Origin: Eledone cirrhosa
Taxonomy: Eukaryota
Reading direction: 5' to 3'
Assembly: GCA_964016885.1 (NCBI GenBank)
Contig: OZ024743.1
Location: forward strand, 349,122,001 to 349,186,000
Length of the DNA: 64,000 nt
Positions 1 through 15,212 of this stretch are shown one piece after another; the stretch's first letter is position 1, and every line of letters begins with the position of its first letter. A program made the translations under genes and the position numbers. The notes below the pieces were generated by a model. That model searched no databases, was not told the DNA's origin, and worked only from the letters and a program-made list of their open reading frames with translations.

Positions 1-706
1 TTGTACTTGTTGTATTGCAGAGCTTCCAAGAGGACTTTCACACTGTAGTAATCTTCCTTCAGGCAGACTGATTGAGCTAGGGGCAGTGTCGGGAACTTGT
101 TTCCATTGTGGGGAAGGAAAGCCTTCAAACTTGTGGTGGAGCTGTCTATAAATAGCCACCAGTCCTTGGGCCCAAACGGCACCCCAATAACGTCAAACAG
201 TCCAGGCTCGTCAGGGCAGAAGCAGAGGCGATCCCTAAGAGCGTAAAAGCCTGAAAAAGGTTCGTGTCGACTTCTCTGTCTTGTCACCTACACTTCCTCC
301 TTAACCAAGTTCCACTGCTTCATCCTGGAGACGAATGCTTAAAACACAACTTACCCTTTATTCAGGGTGCGAACATTCAGTATCAATAAATCTCTTTAAT
401 CCACTTTTTAACAATTTTATACTTTATTGCACTTTTATAATTTTCTTTAGGTATTACTCTTTATTTTATAATTTTAATTTAACCTGAAACATATATACAA
501 AAAATCATTTAGCATAAGCAAATTAAACTTACATACAGCGTAAAATTCAGCATACAAATAATTATAGTGAATAGCTTAGAATTTTTACAAACCCAAACTT
601 TTAACTGTTTAATAGCACTTTCTTTTTATTTATTTGGGACCTAAGCAACACAAAGAAGTGATTTCAAGCCAGGAACAGGGAAAAAAAATGTTTTTGTTAC
701 ACTGTG
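1..706 (-). mobile_element. Chapaev3-like (CMC superfamily) DNA transposon, 5' end with decayed transposase fragment; continues beyond window start
   Basis: Minus strand of ~1-335 reads SRMKQWNLVKEEV*VTRQRSRHEPFSGFYALRDRLCFC...KDWWLFIDSSTTSLKAFLPHNGNKFPTLPLAQSVCLKEDY, matching the WRLFIDSS..SLKAVLLHNGN motif I associate with Chapaev3. Terminus CACAGTGTAACAAAAA starts at 706, next to TAA (TWA-type target). Family assignment is from memory. Confidence 0.7.
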
Positions 707-800
707 TAATTAAAGATTCGCAGTTGATGCCTCAAGGCAAAATTTTCGAAGATATTACCACCTCGTCCTTATATTCTACTCATATGTATAAAATGGTCAT

Positions 801-848
<48 letters not shown>

Positions 849-921
849 TATATACATATACATACACATATATACACACACACATACACACAGACACACA
901 GACACACAGACACAGACACAG

Positions 922-954
<33 letters not shown>

Positions 955-1339
955 ATATGTGTGCGTGTGTGTGTGCGTAGTAAAGGATCGATTAGTTTAT
1001 AAATGCTGGTACAATACGTTAGAATATACGAAAAGCACATGATGGTAAATGAGTGAAAATAATACAAAGTAATGTTTTACCCAATGTATTTTAGTATATT
1101 ACAGGGCACAACCCTCATTTCAGATGTGAAGCTGAAACGTTTCAAGACAAAACAAACGAACAATTAAATTTTTTCTCCTCTAAATTGTCCTATGTTATTG
1201 AAAAATGTATACGCATGTCTGGGATTGATATAGTAAGCATTCCGTCTCCTGCGTTTCTGACTTATTATGTACATTTGGCATAAACCGTCTATGGAATTTT
1301 TTGGCTTCTTTCCAGTCTTCTTCACACTTTCCCCAGACA

Positions 1340-2400
1340 CGTAGACAACATACAACTTTGTTTCCGCCTATCCGGTCATCGACTTAATTACAGACATCAT
1401 CGTCTCTACCGACCTCAATTGTCTTGGGCTCACTGCTGCTGGCATACACGAAGTGCTCCCCATGGTCATGTGCAAAACCTTTTTCCTGTATGAGGCCTAC
1501 GTATACAAACATATCTCAGAACTTATGTTGGATTGATTCTCTTAGGCCTGCTAGCCATCACGTACATTGATTTATTGGAACACACAGCACTCACCACCTG
1601 CCGCTCTTCCTCTTTCTCCATGTACGTGGATGACAAGCTAATGCTCATTTCATCGCGTGAAGAAACCACCAAGATCTATATATTCGAAACCATTGACACG
1701 TGCATAAATTTGAGGTTGAACATCCAGACACCAATTGATGCCTCTCTATACTCAACTTTTCACTAAGAGTCACAGGGAAGGGATCCAAAGTTATAAAGGA
1801 AGGATGCCTGCAGAAACACATTTGTGCGCCATGACTCCGCCCTTCCCTACAGAGCCAAATTGGCCTATATACAGAATGACATCTCCCAGAATAAGATAAG
1901 CAAATATGCAGCAAGTGTAGCGAAAAACATACCAACACGGTGAAATTCCGAAGAATTCTTACTGAAAAGGTCTACCATACTTCTCTTACCAAACACCGAA
2001 ATGCCAAGGCAGTAGAACACAAGAGAACAAGGATGACACGTGCCCCTAAGGATAAAAATTGCTACCTAATGATGCCACATTTTAATGAGAAGACGATATC
2101 TGCCATCAGACAGACCATCCACAGGCAGAGACACTATATACGTCAGGCACACTCTGAACCTTCATTCAGAGATACCAATCCACATACAGCGAGATATGCA
2201 CACTTCCTAATTGTCCCATCAACAATCTATTTAGACACGTTGATTAAAAAGTAATACCCAGAGGATGTGACAATACGTAAGTGTAGACGAGAATACACCC
2301 AGAACTATGCTGCACCGCCACTCCCACTTCAGTTTCTCGTACCACAAAAACAACCCAAATAATTACATATTCATCGAAAAACGCCTTCATGAAGACTACC
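1340..2400 (+). pseudogene. Decayed PLE reverse transcriptase remnant
   Basis: ORF 1533-1766 LLAITYIDLLEH...SMYVDDKLMLISSREE resembles PLE RT motifs (LLANIYM..LE / YVDD). Flanking frames are broken and boundaries are approximate. Confidence 0.55.
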
Positions 2401-3659
2401 GCTATTACCACTAATACAATCACTCACCACAAATGCCACATTCAACATGAATATATCCACCCTTAACATTACAACCAACCCCTAACGGAACTACTACTAT
2501 TAGTAATTAGGTTTGTTCAATATCACCACTATAAACTCAATCACCACTACCACAACTACCACTGTCACGGGAAGCGTCAGGTGTGCGAGTAGGTATTAAC
2601 TTATGGTTTAAAGTTTGATTCCTTGTCTCAAATACATTTTCTTACTTTTGTTTTGAATTATAAGAATATCATACACACTACTTGGACATGTTTATAATCT
2701 GTAACCCATGCATACATGTTTGGCAATGTTTACGATAATTGCTTATGGGCAGTTTAATACGGGGCCTATGTTTTGTAAAACCTCAGTTTCTATGATCAAC
2801 GATGGGGTTCCAAGTTGCACTTTGGGGTTCCGGTTCTAGACTGGGATAGTTCAATGGAGTCACATTCAAAATCCAGTCTGGTCCCATTGTAAGATTTAGG
2901 CCTATTTGGTGGGGTTGCTTTTACATATGGCATTGGCTTATTACCAGATCTGAATGGGCCTGAACCCTATCAACATAAACCCCACTACCGACATCATCAC
3001 AGCTACGATCAGCTACGATCCACTACAATTTCAGCCGTCACACTTAACACAACTATTATAACCACGAATAGTACAACCATTGCTACTTCTGTTACTGTGA
3101 GCAGAAGCATATAGAACTACAACGAACATATCCCAAAAGACATCCAACCAAACGTATATCATTCTTTGGCTATTACTAATGCATCTAATGTCAAGACCTC
3201 CACCTCCCAATTGCTCAGCATATTCAACATTACTACCATATAACTGGACATTAAATAACTTTTTCACGCATACAGACACACATACATACACATAAGCCCA
3301 TATACACACACCCACACACACACACACGTTCTATTGTATCTCCTGCATAACATTTCATTGACTGTTTACCCTTACCACTTCTCTACATTAATTTATACTT
3401 CCTCCTCCTCTTTCCCCCCACCCCCTCATCCTCCCCCACCCCTACTATTTCTCTCTAACGGCGCTCATTCTTTATCCTCTCTATCCTCTCATACTTTCCA
3501 ACCAGAAACGAAACACTTTTATACTATTTTTTTCGTCTCTTTTCAAACTTACGCTTTCTCTCTCTATTTCTAAATTTATACACAAACATACATCTATATA
3601 CACACTTTACGCTCTATCCCTTCCCTCCTTGTCACACCATTCTTCTTTCCTCCCCCTCA

Positions 3660-3743
3660 TTCTTCTTCTTCTTCTTCTTCTTCTTCTTCTTCTTCTTCTT
3701 CTTCTTCTTCTTCTTCTTCTTCTTCTTCTTCTTCTTCTTCTTC
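3660..3743. repeat. (TTC)n microsatellite
   Basis: Direct reading; source of the poly-Leu ORF at 3629. Confidence 0.95.
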
Positions 3744-5413
3744 TCGTCTTTGGTTCCCTCCCTCACTCTCTTTCTATCATCCGCCTCCCTTTACAATCGC
3801 ATCTATTGCTACACACCCTTCTACAATGAAACCCACCAATGTCTCTTATAATTATTATTATTTGTTGTTTTTCTTCTTTCTTTTACATCTTTTCTTTTGC
3901 TGCAAGAAAATGATTAATGACAAAAGAAATTGATAGAGACGTGATCGTAAATATATTTCGATTTTAACGATTTCCCAAACAAGAACCAAGAACCAACCGT
4001 TTCGAAATTAATCATCGCGATTCTTCAGACTGTCTCCAGCACAGCAGCATTGTAAAGGTGTTCTGTTTTGAGGAATCAAGATTCCATTCAATGTGATGTG
4101 GGACGATGGGGTGAATTAGTTTGTCAAATCAGATATGAAATATATTTAAAGCCGCAAACTGCAGGCATTACAAGTAAAACTTCTTAGAATATATTTATTT
4201 ACCAAAAACGAGAGTAACGGAGTGGAATGTTTACTATGTCTGAGATGTATTGTATCATGAACAGGAAGTCGATATATTTCAAGTTTTCTTTTATTTTAGA
4301 ATATTTGTTAATCTTATATATGTTGTTATTTATAAATTCTTATGGAAATAATAATCAATGAAATGGCCAGTTTCTGACCGCGATGGCTAGTGTTGATTCA
4401 TCCATATTGACACATGTTCAGCAAATGCAATATTTCTCTATACATACATACATACATACATACATACATTCAAATATACATACTTGCTGGCTGTATATCG
4501 ATTTCGAGTAATGCCATCGCTTGATACTTAACCACGAACATCACGGACGTGGCTTTTTCGTCCTACTTGGGACTTGCCTAAAGTCATCAATGCCATGCAT
4601 CGCAAAACATGTCACAAATCAAGCGATGCCTGCGCTTCAAGCTTTTTTAAGTGAGGAAATACTTCACACAGGGCCAATCCTACTCTCTGAACATCGAATG
4701 CATGTGGCCAAAAAGAAAAACTGGTCTTCATCATTAGATGCAAAGAAAGTCACAGGTTTCATGTGACATTCTCCTAGAGAAATGAAGAAAACAAATTTTA
4801 AAAAATAATTGCCGTTCTTCTTTACATACATACATAAATAAATACACACATACACTCAAAAAGAGAAAGACTGAGAGAGTTGGATATTTAGATATATAAA
4901 ATAACAAGGGTTTCACATGATATTACATTTGACATGCGATTCAGTAAGCATATGAAGGCTTTCTGTTACGTAATCCTCAACGTATACAGCCATGGAGTAC
5001 TCGTCTCATCGGGAATCGTAATAAATATATATGCAGATACATGCCAAGTTGATTTTGAATTCAAAAAGTAATATTAATTGTTTAGCCACACCTTTGGACA
5101 ACTCCACGACTCCTCGAATGACCAAAGAGGGGGGTGATATATATATATATTTTTTTTTCTCAGAATTAACTCCCCGGAATTTTCTGTACTGATATGTTTT
5201 GCCGAGTGTTCTCCTTCGGGATCTATTTATCTAAATGGCCCTATCTATCTCTCTATCGATCTTCGGACTGCTATTGCAATCTTGGCTTTGATATTGTTAT
5301 TATTTTCTTGTCTGAAATAGATACGTTGGTAAATATATATGAATAGATAACAATCCATTGATTGTCAGACACGCAAACAGACAGATAGAAAGAAAGGTAG
5401 GTAAACAGATAGA

Positions 5414-5464
<51 letters not shown>

Positions 5465-5469
<5 letters not shown>

Positions 5470-5672
5470 AATGAATAGGACCCCGACGACTGAGCTCAAG
5501 CAGTTTCGAGGGCTAATTCTGGACTAAATTCTAGTCCAGAATTAGCCGTCGAAACGGCTTGAGCTCAGTTTCGGGGTCCTACTCGTTCCTATTACCCACT
5601 CTACTACCCTAAGTATTGAGTACTTTGGTGCGTTATGGTCCACCTGGTTCCTTACCACATCTCCTTTGTTAT
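5465..5672. repeat. Dispersed hairpin-headed repeat inserted in (TA)n; related copies at 38468-38640, 54810-54927 (no hairpin) and possibly 43310-43400
   Basis: 5465-5592 is an inverted repeat (ggaccccga..ctgagctcaagc..tttcga..gctaattctggacta / tagtccagaattagc..tcgaaac..gcttgagctcag..tcggggtcc). The tail acccac.ctact.cc.taagtat.gagtac..tggtgcgttatggtc is shared by three loci. Confidence 0.8.
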
Positions 5673-5784
5673 ATATATATGTACATATATGACGGCGATG
5701 AATTTTTTTTGCGACGTTTTTGATATGAAATCGTGTTATTATTTCTGGCAATATTATTACAATAATATGACCATCCCCAAGTAT

Positions 5785-5823
<39 letters not shown>

Positions 5824-6214
5824 GTGAGGGGCGAAGAAGGGGGATACAGAAAGAGAGTGAGAGAGAGCGAGAAAGAGAGAGATAGAGAAATAGAAAGATA
5901 CACATACGGAGAGATACAAACAGAGAGAAAGAGATTGACTAATAGAGAATTAGACAGATATGTAGTCAGACAGATAGAGATATAAGGTATTCATGTTTTA
6001 GAAGAACGAAGACAACTCTAATAAATGCAATAATAAAAAAAAGAAAAGGAAACAAAAGAAAACAAAATAGGGAAATATAGAGATAAAAGAGAAAAAGAAA
6101 GAAAAAGAACGGAAGTGGAGGGGATAGCAAGAACTCTGGTTCTGGTGTCGCAGAAGAGAAGGGAGGGGTGGAGGGGAAGGGTGATTAGACTTTGAGCCTA
6201 GGACAAGGGGAAAG

Positions 6215-7300
6215 AAGTTCTGCGCCACGAGGACAACCGAAAAAGCATTGTGGACAATGGCCAGTGACACCCGCTGCAACAGCCCTTCAAACTCACGGAG
6301 CTCCTTCCTCAGACGAGCGGCCGACGTTCCGATCTTGTGGAGGAGCTCAGCTGTACGGGGTAAAAGTAAACCTGAAGTCTCGACGGCGACAGGTGCGAAG
6401 AGAAAGCGGCCTGACAAACCTCGCGGTATTTGTTTATTTTACGTTCTTCTGCGATATATTTTACGTGGGCTACTATGCCGGGGTTTGTGGCCGAAGCGTC
6501 TAAGTTGGAGGCGGAGAATATGTCGCAGGTGGCGTCCCAAATGAGAGAATATTGCTCTTGCCCTCTTCGCGGTGTAGGCCTGCTGGCTCCAGTTGAGATG
6601 GAAAACCAGCTGCGTCCAGCCTCCTTCTCAGTATGTCGTTGAGAGTACTGTGTCGGGGGAACCAGCCTGTGCTCTGGTGGCGAGACAATGGGTGCAAGAT
6701 GAACTTGACAACAACCGCCCCGCTGCGGCATTTATGTGGCTCACACACAGGGAGACCAGGGCATTGTGCTACACCGAAGCACTCATCATCAAGTAGGGTG
6801 TCGCTTGATGAGGAGGGCACCGGATTGAGCCACGCGTAGCTGTTGAGCTGAGAAGTAGAGTGAAGGCAGATGAGGTGGTGTTGGTCCAAGCCAGACTTGA
6901 TCCACCTGACAGAAGAGGTGAAATTGATGTCGTCCCAGTTACGTTGGGCCGTAGTGTACTGGGGGATAGAGAGCCCTTCACCTGTTCAGTAGGCCAGAGC
7001 TTATTCCATCTCAGGGGCCATGTCAGATTCGACCGTCTCGCAGAGAACCTCGCTGACGAGCGCGCGACTGGAGGAGATAGAGGAGAAGTAGGCAGGTAAA
7101 TCTAGATCCGAACCTGATCGGACGTTAAGGCCACCGAACCTCGCTGAGAGTGTCACCGGCTGTCAGCCTCCACTGTCGAACCTGATATTGCAGATGAGTT
7201 CCGCACAGCGTTGAATGATGGCGTCAAGTTCCACGAGAGGATCTGCGTGAGGTTGTGAGTTGAGATGTCGCTGGTGTCAAGGTGTATCGGCCATTGCCTT
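6215..7300 (-). mobile_element. Decayed CRE-clade-like non-LTR retrotransposon, 3' part (zinc knuckle + restriction-like endonuclease)
   Basis: Frameshifted pieces: AWLNPVPSSSSDTLLDD, PHKCRSG, RHSTLNDILRRRLDAAGFPSQLEPAGL, LIWDATCDIFSASNL, AEERKINKY, FAPVAVETSG...LLQRVSLAIVHNA. These are typical of the CRE-like RLE C-terminus. Confidence 0.8.
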
Positions 7301-7474
7301 TCGCTTGGCTAACATATGTACGGAAGAGAGGGGATACTGGTATACATGGCGACTGCTAGTCTTCCACAAACAACCTTGCCTATTGTGCATCGAAGAGGAA
7401 CTCTCGAGCTTCAAATCCCATAGTTATTCGTGACCTAACGAGTTATTTACCCTTTTACCCTTTATATATATAAT

Positions 7475-7778
7475 AATATTAATTTGATTAAAATAACAGG
7501 ACGCCGGACTGGTAATTTTTTTTTTAAGTTTTATTGTTGGAAAAGGACTATATGTACTTCAATGACCTGGTTATCCAGGCGACATCATCAGATAGCATAA
7601 TTAGTTAAAAAATATATTTTCTCTGTTCATTGATTTACTAATAATGCAACCGAACCTTAAGATGTCGCCAGGCTCTTACGTAACCAGGACACTGAAGCAG
7701 GTATAGCCTTTTTTGAACAATACACTTTGAATGAATATTACCAGTCCGCCCATCTGTTATTTTAATCAAATTAATATT
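7475..7778. repeat. Diverged inverted pair of pLTR-like sequences with decayed hammerhead motifs
   Basis: Arms aatattaatttgattaaaataacag..cggactggtaat / attaccagtccg..ctgttattttaatcaaattaatatt. The inner portions carry CTGATGA-tgtcgcctgg..ccagg (minus) and CTTAAGA-tgtcgccagg..ccagg (plus). Confidence 0.6.
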
Positions 7779-7996
7779 TAACTCCGTCCCTGCAGCAGCC
7801 ACTGGAATCAACATGAACGATGGATGTGTTGCGTAACTTAGAGTTCTTTTCCTATTATTACTTCATGGTTATCTAAACGGTAAGACCTGTTCTATTCAGT
7901 GGAGAACCATAGAACATAAATGAATATATGTATATATATATATATATAGATAGATTTATAAATATACACGGGTGTGTATGATTGTGTATAGAAGAT

Positions 7997-8502
<506 letters not shown>

Positions 8503-9265
8503 GGACTGTAACTTTACGTTAATATGGGTTCAACAACTTGAGCACTCGATGCATTGGTCCGTTCTAGTAGAGTACTTGGTGATATAATATGCTCTTTTCA
8601 CATCATAAACAGAGTGGGAATTATAATAATAAGAAATAACGAGGTGTGAAAGTATCATCATTAAATGTATTGAGGTGAGAAACGCGTTTTGCGATTGATC
8701 AGCTCATGCTGTAATCTGTATCGATCGGGCCCGACTTAGTAATCAATAGCCCATCAGACTCATGGTTTCTTTAATGACAGGAGATACCCGCGTACAGCTT
8801 TAACTTACCATTTCTCATACACTTGGGATCTTTCGTTGCTCTTTGTTTAGATTGGATGTTTCCGAGGATAATATAGAGAAAAATAGGTAGCAGAAAGGAA
8901 GGGAGATAATAAAAGACAGAAAGGGAACCGGCCTGAGTGAGGAAAAGAAGAAAGAACAGCGGGATTAGACTAACGGTAAGGGGTGTGTGAGATGAGGTGT
9001 TGATCAATCTATCAGTGGACGGGTATAGAAGGGTTAAAGGGACAGGGGATAGTAGATGACGTGTAAGGAGTGATAGATAGGAATAGGATATAAGAATGAA
9101 TGGGAGGAAAGAAAAAGGAAGAAAGAAAAAGTGTGGAGAAAATAAGGAAAAGAAAAGGACGGAAGGGTAGAAAGTAGCAGGTAGAGGAAGGGGGATAATG
9201 CCACACATAATAAAGTGAAGGAAAATAGAACAAAAGAAATTCGTGAGTTAGAAGAGCTAACATTA

Positions 9266-9418
9266 AATAATTGTTTCTACTTTTGGCACGAGGCCAGCAA
9301 TTACCCAGTGCGTTACTGGTACTTTATTTTATCGACCCCGTAAGGATGAAAGGCAAAGTTAAACGCGACGGGATTTGACCTCATACGGTAAAGGGACGTA
9401 ACTATGTTGGAAAGCATT
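9266..9418 (-). mobile_element. tRNA-derived SINE, 5' truncated (further partial tail at 9456-9490)
   Basis: Same core (gcctttcatccttacggggtcgataaaataaagtaccag) and tail (gctggcc..gtgccaaaagtagaaacaattatt) as the 15.2 kb copies. Confidence 0.85.
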
Positions 9419-10433
9419 GAAAAACTGTGAAAACTATGAAAAAATAAATAAACAAATAATTGTTTCTACTTTAGGCACAAGGCCAGCAATGAGGTACAAA
9501 TGGAAATGTTAAATAATAAAAATGGACATAAATTATATGTATGATAATGAAAATAAAATGAATGAAAAGATAAACAGTAAAGAATAAATATGTCTGGGGC
9601 GTCGTCGATTGGGTTCAAAATCTCTTTGGAGTGGCAGGTTTCGTTTGAACTGTTTCCTGCTAAGGTCATTTAGTTAACCATAAGCCTGTTATATTAGATG
9701 TGTAAGACATATGTACAGGGAATGCCTGGTGTCCTCAGCCCTAGGCCCACCTCCTTACTCACCACAATCGACACGGATTTGGCTATACACAGTTTTGAGC
9801 CACGCAATCTGGAATGTCTCTTTCAACGAGTCTCCTTCACCATCTTCCGGTGAAACGCCTTCTCTATTGTGTCCACTGGGTCCGGGGGTGACCAACACGT
9901 GGGCCACGATTTGCTTATAATAGTGAGAGATGGGAAGAGCAAAAGAGACGGAGGTATTGAAAAAATGTACACAGTATAGAGTAGGCATACCTGTATGGTT
10001 TAGGAGTTCACTTCCCACCAACATTCTTTTATTTAATTTGATATATTTTCGCGTAGTTATTAAATTGTACTTGCGCCGTGTATTGTATCTGCATAGTTAG
10101 CCGAACACACGCGCAACCAGATATACAAATCACACATGTGTGTTGATGGGTTCCAGCACGGGCACAACACTCCTTATACACACATATAGGCATACGTGCA
10201 CATACTTACACAGACATGGATGCTCACATATGCACACATATATTATCTCCCCATGCATCGACTTCAGGTTAATCGTGGGGGAATAGCCACTACACGTGCT
10301 CTACCCTTGATGGTAGGGTCCGTACCCTAGATAGAACCCTAGATAGAACTCAATGTAATCCGATGGCGAGTAATCCAGTGAAATCCGTAGAAAAGTTCCG
10401 TGTTCCGCTGAGTTAATTCCTTACGTGTGTATA

Positions 10434-11222
10434 TCTGTATATATATAAAATTAACTGTGTGTGTGTGTGTCTGTGTGCCTGTGTATTACCTATAGTGGCC
10501 TATATCTTACGACCGATTTTCATGAAACTTTACAGGCTCATAGAGTAGTCATCGGGGAGTATTTTCTATATATCAGCGTATTGTTTTTTTTTTATTCGGG
10601 GGTCATTCTGCAGATAAAAATCGATAGAGTGGATCACCTTTTTTTATGTATCGAAAAATAAGATTTTTGGCTCCAGCTCCCACATTTTGCCATCGATTTC
10701 GTTCAAATTTTAAAGCAAAATAACATTTATCATTTCACATCCTGTAATCGCTTTATATTTTGCATTTGTTGTACAGTGACGGCGTAACAGCCGCTTAAAT
10801 ATTCAAAAATACCAATTTTAGACTAAAATTTTACTTTTTCGGCTCTAGCTCCCACATTAATCAAGCTACTTTGTTCAAATTTTACACTACGCTAGATCGG
10901 ATCATTTTACGTCTGAAAATTGCTTTACATTTTGCATTCTTTGTTCAGGAACGGCGTGGCAGCCGCTTAAATATTCAAAAATACCACCTTTTCGCTCAAA
11001 TTTTCGCCTTTTCGGCTCTAGCTCCCACCTTCTTCAACAGATTTCGTTCAAATTCGAAATATCCTTCCCCAGCATGCTCATCGTCAGTCCCCTGCGTTTC
11101 TGAGTGATAGAGGTCATCACCACCCTCCCCCACATGGCATGTGTGTGGCCATAGATGAGTCATCGAGATGATCGAAGGAGTTATTATTTTACCTACCCAG
11201 GCCACGCTGGGTACTGCTGCTA

Positions 11223-11223
<1 letters not shown>
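10434..11223 (+). mobile_element. Non-autonomous Helitron
   Basis: A|TCtgtatatatataaaatt 5' end. 3' hairpin tacccag-gccacg-ctgggta (11194-11213) followed by ctgctgCTAG|T. Internal ~170-bp duplications around ggct...gctcccac. Confidence 0.85.
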
Positions 11224-11264
<41 letters not shown>

Positions 11265-11401
11265 ACGATTTGTTAGTCCTTCATTACGTTCATTGATTGA
11301 TTGGTGCCGTGCTTTTCGCTATTGATCAACTCAAAGTTCGATCTGTATCGACCTGGATCGACTCTGGAATCAAAAGCTCGTCGGACCTCTGTTGTTGCAA
11401 T

Positions 11402-11452
<51 letters not shown>

Positions 11453-12575
11453 GGAGAGAGGGGGGAGAGAGAGAGAAGGAGAAAAAGAGATATTTAAACA
11501 ATATATAAAAAAAGAAATTCGTATATTATCAATATACGAATTTCTTTTTTATATATTGTTTAAATTTCTCTCTCTCTCTATCACTCTCTCTCTCACTCTC
11601 TCTCACTCTCTCTCACTCTATCTATCTATATATCTATCTATCTATCTCTGTCATTGCAACAACATAGGCCGCACGAGCTTTTATATTTTATATTTTATAT
11701 TTTGTATGAATGAATTAAACCTAATTATAGTATATATACATGGTGGGTTGTGTTGAAGTTATAATTGCGTGTAGACCCTTGCAGTGTTATGTACGTGAGC
11801 ATTGAGTGGTAAGCTAGACGTGTGGTGACTGTGCTATAGGGAGTTGGAAGGAAGAAAGAAGGTAAGAAAAAAGAAATAAAAGCAATCGTAGTTGGAACAA
11901 ACGTTCGTGATAAAACTCCTTGAATCGGTAAACGTGTTGTGTTTTATGTTTTGTAATTCGTTAGGATAACTTAAGATGAAAGGGGATGAAAAAGAAAACA
12001 ATGGAAAAGAATGAAGACGAATTATATAATTAAAATCACAATGAATGAAGGGTGGAATTATGATTAGGTGCGCCGCTAATGTTTACGAGCCTTTTTGCTG
12101 GGTTAGTAAGATTAGTAGCACTTTCAAATATAAAATCCTTCACCACAATCTATTCATTGTGGCGAATCCTTTACACGTAAAGGTTCTGTGGTTTCCAAAT
12201 TCCCAGGTTAATCCGATGGTTCCGGATTGGTACTTTTTTTTAATGAAACGTGTTTCCAATTTGCGGAAACGTGTAGTTGTTCGCGCATGCGCAGTTAATT
12301 CAAAATATATATAGTTCCTTATGCATGTTTTATTTGTGTTGGTCGTCGTTGCTACTGACCGTGCTATTTGTGGAGGCAATAATGATGCTTTTTCTGACCG
12401 GGCAACGCCGTAAGACAGGGCTGACGCCTTTTTCGTGGGTCTGTCAGGGGTATTATCTCAGCGTGCATTGTTATTCGCACTGAGACATGATCATTTAATG
12501 TTTATATATATATGTATATGTATGTATATATATTTATAATTATATATATATATATGTATATATAATACATATTTA

Positions 12576-12621
<46 letters not shown>

Positions 12622-13053
12622 TAATGTACATGTGTATATATATTTATACATCTCTGTTGTGTGTATGAATTTACACTAGAATAGAAAGAGATGACCATTT
12701 GATGACGCATCATTAAACTTGTCTCCTTAATAGCGTTTTAATGACCTATGTGACAAACCCTTAATATTGCCACAAATTTAAGACCACATAATTGATAGTA
12801 GTTTCAACATTTTCATCTTCATTTATTTTTACCTTCATTTTATTTCTTGTTCTAAATATGTCCATTAATTTCTATTAAACCTTTGCGTGAGATTTGGCAG
12901 CTTTCTTTAGTGTCTGGCAAACGATCAGGTGAATATTTCTTCAACCCCTATCACATCATGAAACCTTTAATTTCCGATAAATACAGTTATTCGTGACATT
13001 AACAACCCCACAAAATCACATCAACAAATGATGAATTAAATTTCACTGCAGCT

Positions 13054-13190
<137 letters not shown>

Positions 13191-14464
13191 TGTATATATA
13201 CAAATATGTGTGTATGTACAAATATACGTGTATATATACAAATTTGCGTGTGGTTGTGTGTGTGTGTCTGAGTATGTGTGTGTGTATATAACTATCAAGG
13301 TCAGTTAATACAACAGTGTCATACCTTTCGTTAGACTCGAGTTCCAACTCGTTCAAGCTGTGCTGACAAGAATGAACCGGAAAATGTTTATCCAAAAAGG
13401 AAATACAGAACAAGGGCAGATAATCTGAATGATCTATGAAGCCTGTTTGACCGAAAGATTCAAACAAACACTAAGTTAGCTCATATATGAGAGGGGGCTA
13501 AAAAAAACATAGAATAATAATGTTTATGGGAAACACTTCCAGTTCTTGAAAAGGTCCATAGAACCACGAGGACTTCGCGAGAAGTACGTGTTAAGAAGTA
13601 CGTGTGTTAAGTGTTTTATCATTATTGTGGAGATTATTCAATATCCACCATTTATCCTCATTGCATAATCTGCAAATTTTAAGCCCATTTGTATAAGGTC
13701 AAGATTTTTCTCGTAGCTTCCATTTGATGGATAATCTTATGTCTCTGAGCCATCATATACGGCAATTGTAAATTAAATTGTGCGAAACCAGAGGTGGTCT
13801 GAGAACTTAAGAGGGTAAAAGAAGCGATAAGTTCTTCTCGAATTCTAATACAATCTCTTTTGTAACTGATTTTTCGAGAAAACTTTAAATATATATATAT
13901 ATATGTATATATAATTGTCCACGTGTTATATCTCTCATACATATACTGGCCAAATGTTTATGTCGCAGGTAAATCTATAAGTCTAGTTTGTCTATGATCA
14001 TTCAAACAAGGCCAATGAAATTGAAAGATATAGATCAAATCGTATATGGGTCTTACTATTTGGATACACAATCTATTTCTCGCGTATTCTATCACTTACA
14101 AGAAAAATTGTACAACAAGTTTATTTAAAATCATATATCAATACAATGATAGTCCAAACATGGAAGGAGCAAGGTTTTTATTTATACGACACATTAGAAC
14201 GCATATTTCCATGCGGGATATTTTTGGTTTACGATCGTATAAATAAACTTTTACATGCCCTGCATAGATTTTATTTATAGCGAAATATCTCGCCACATAA
14301 ATATAGATGTTCACCCGGGTTGATTTAACTTGTATTTGACGTGAACAGAATTTATCGCATCATAACCCCCCCCCCCCCCCCCCCACCACCACCACCACCA
14401 CCACAGACACACACATATATATATATGTATGTCTGTGTATGTGTGTGTGAGTGTGAGTGTGCAC

Positions 14465-14539
<75 letters not shown>

Positions 14540-14613
14540 CGATCGCCGAAATGAAATCGAGGTAAACCACTTTCATTCTCCTTTATCAGACACACTGACA
14601 CAAATATATGTAG

Positions 14614-14724
<111 letters not shown>

Positions 14725-15212
14725 GGGCAAGTAGATAGATTTAGACGGGCAAGCCGACAGAAAGACAGGGTGATAGATAGATAAATAGATAGAGAGTGAG
14801 AGAGAGAGACAGAGAGAGAGAGAGAAAGAGAGCGAGAGAGATAGAGTAAGAGCGACTGAGACAGATAGAAAGAGAGAGAGTGTGTAGAGATATTTTGGTT
14901 TTAATATGACTACCATTTTGTCCCTGGATAAGGTAAACATGCTGGTATAAACAATCTCCAAACAATATAACTAAGTTGGTACCTCAAATAATATTTCATT
15001 CAAATTTCTAATTATTGCTCATATGCTAAAATGTTCCTTGTATCTAAAGTCAGTTGAAAAACATTAATTATTTGAGATTTCCCCTTGTAATTACAAGAGA
15101 ACCACACTCGCAAAGTGTGTTTTAAATCTAATAACAAATGTCAAGGGTGTTGACTTCAATAACATCAGCCAATGCAAATTTTTGGAAATCTAGATTTTGC
15201 AGTAAGGAGAGG

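Noticed and set aside
3990-4035. Hammerhead-like CTGAAGA...GAAAC on the minus strand
   Set aside because: Stems I and II could not be paired convincingly.
4500-4770. Possible Tc1/mariner transposase remnant (SYSLNIECMW resembling YSPDLNPIENMW)
   Set aside because: Too degenerate and no TIRs identified.
9600-9960. Possible RTE RT remnant (LEKAFHR on the minus strand)
   Set aside because: Single short motif; the rest cannot be aligned by eye.
12170-12480. Possible GIY-YIG tail (FELTAHARTTTRFRKLETRFIKK)
   Set aside because: Suggestive only; no upstream GIY/YIG motif recovered.
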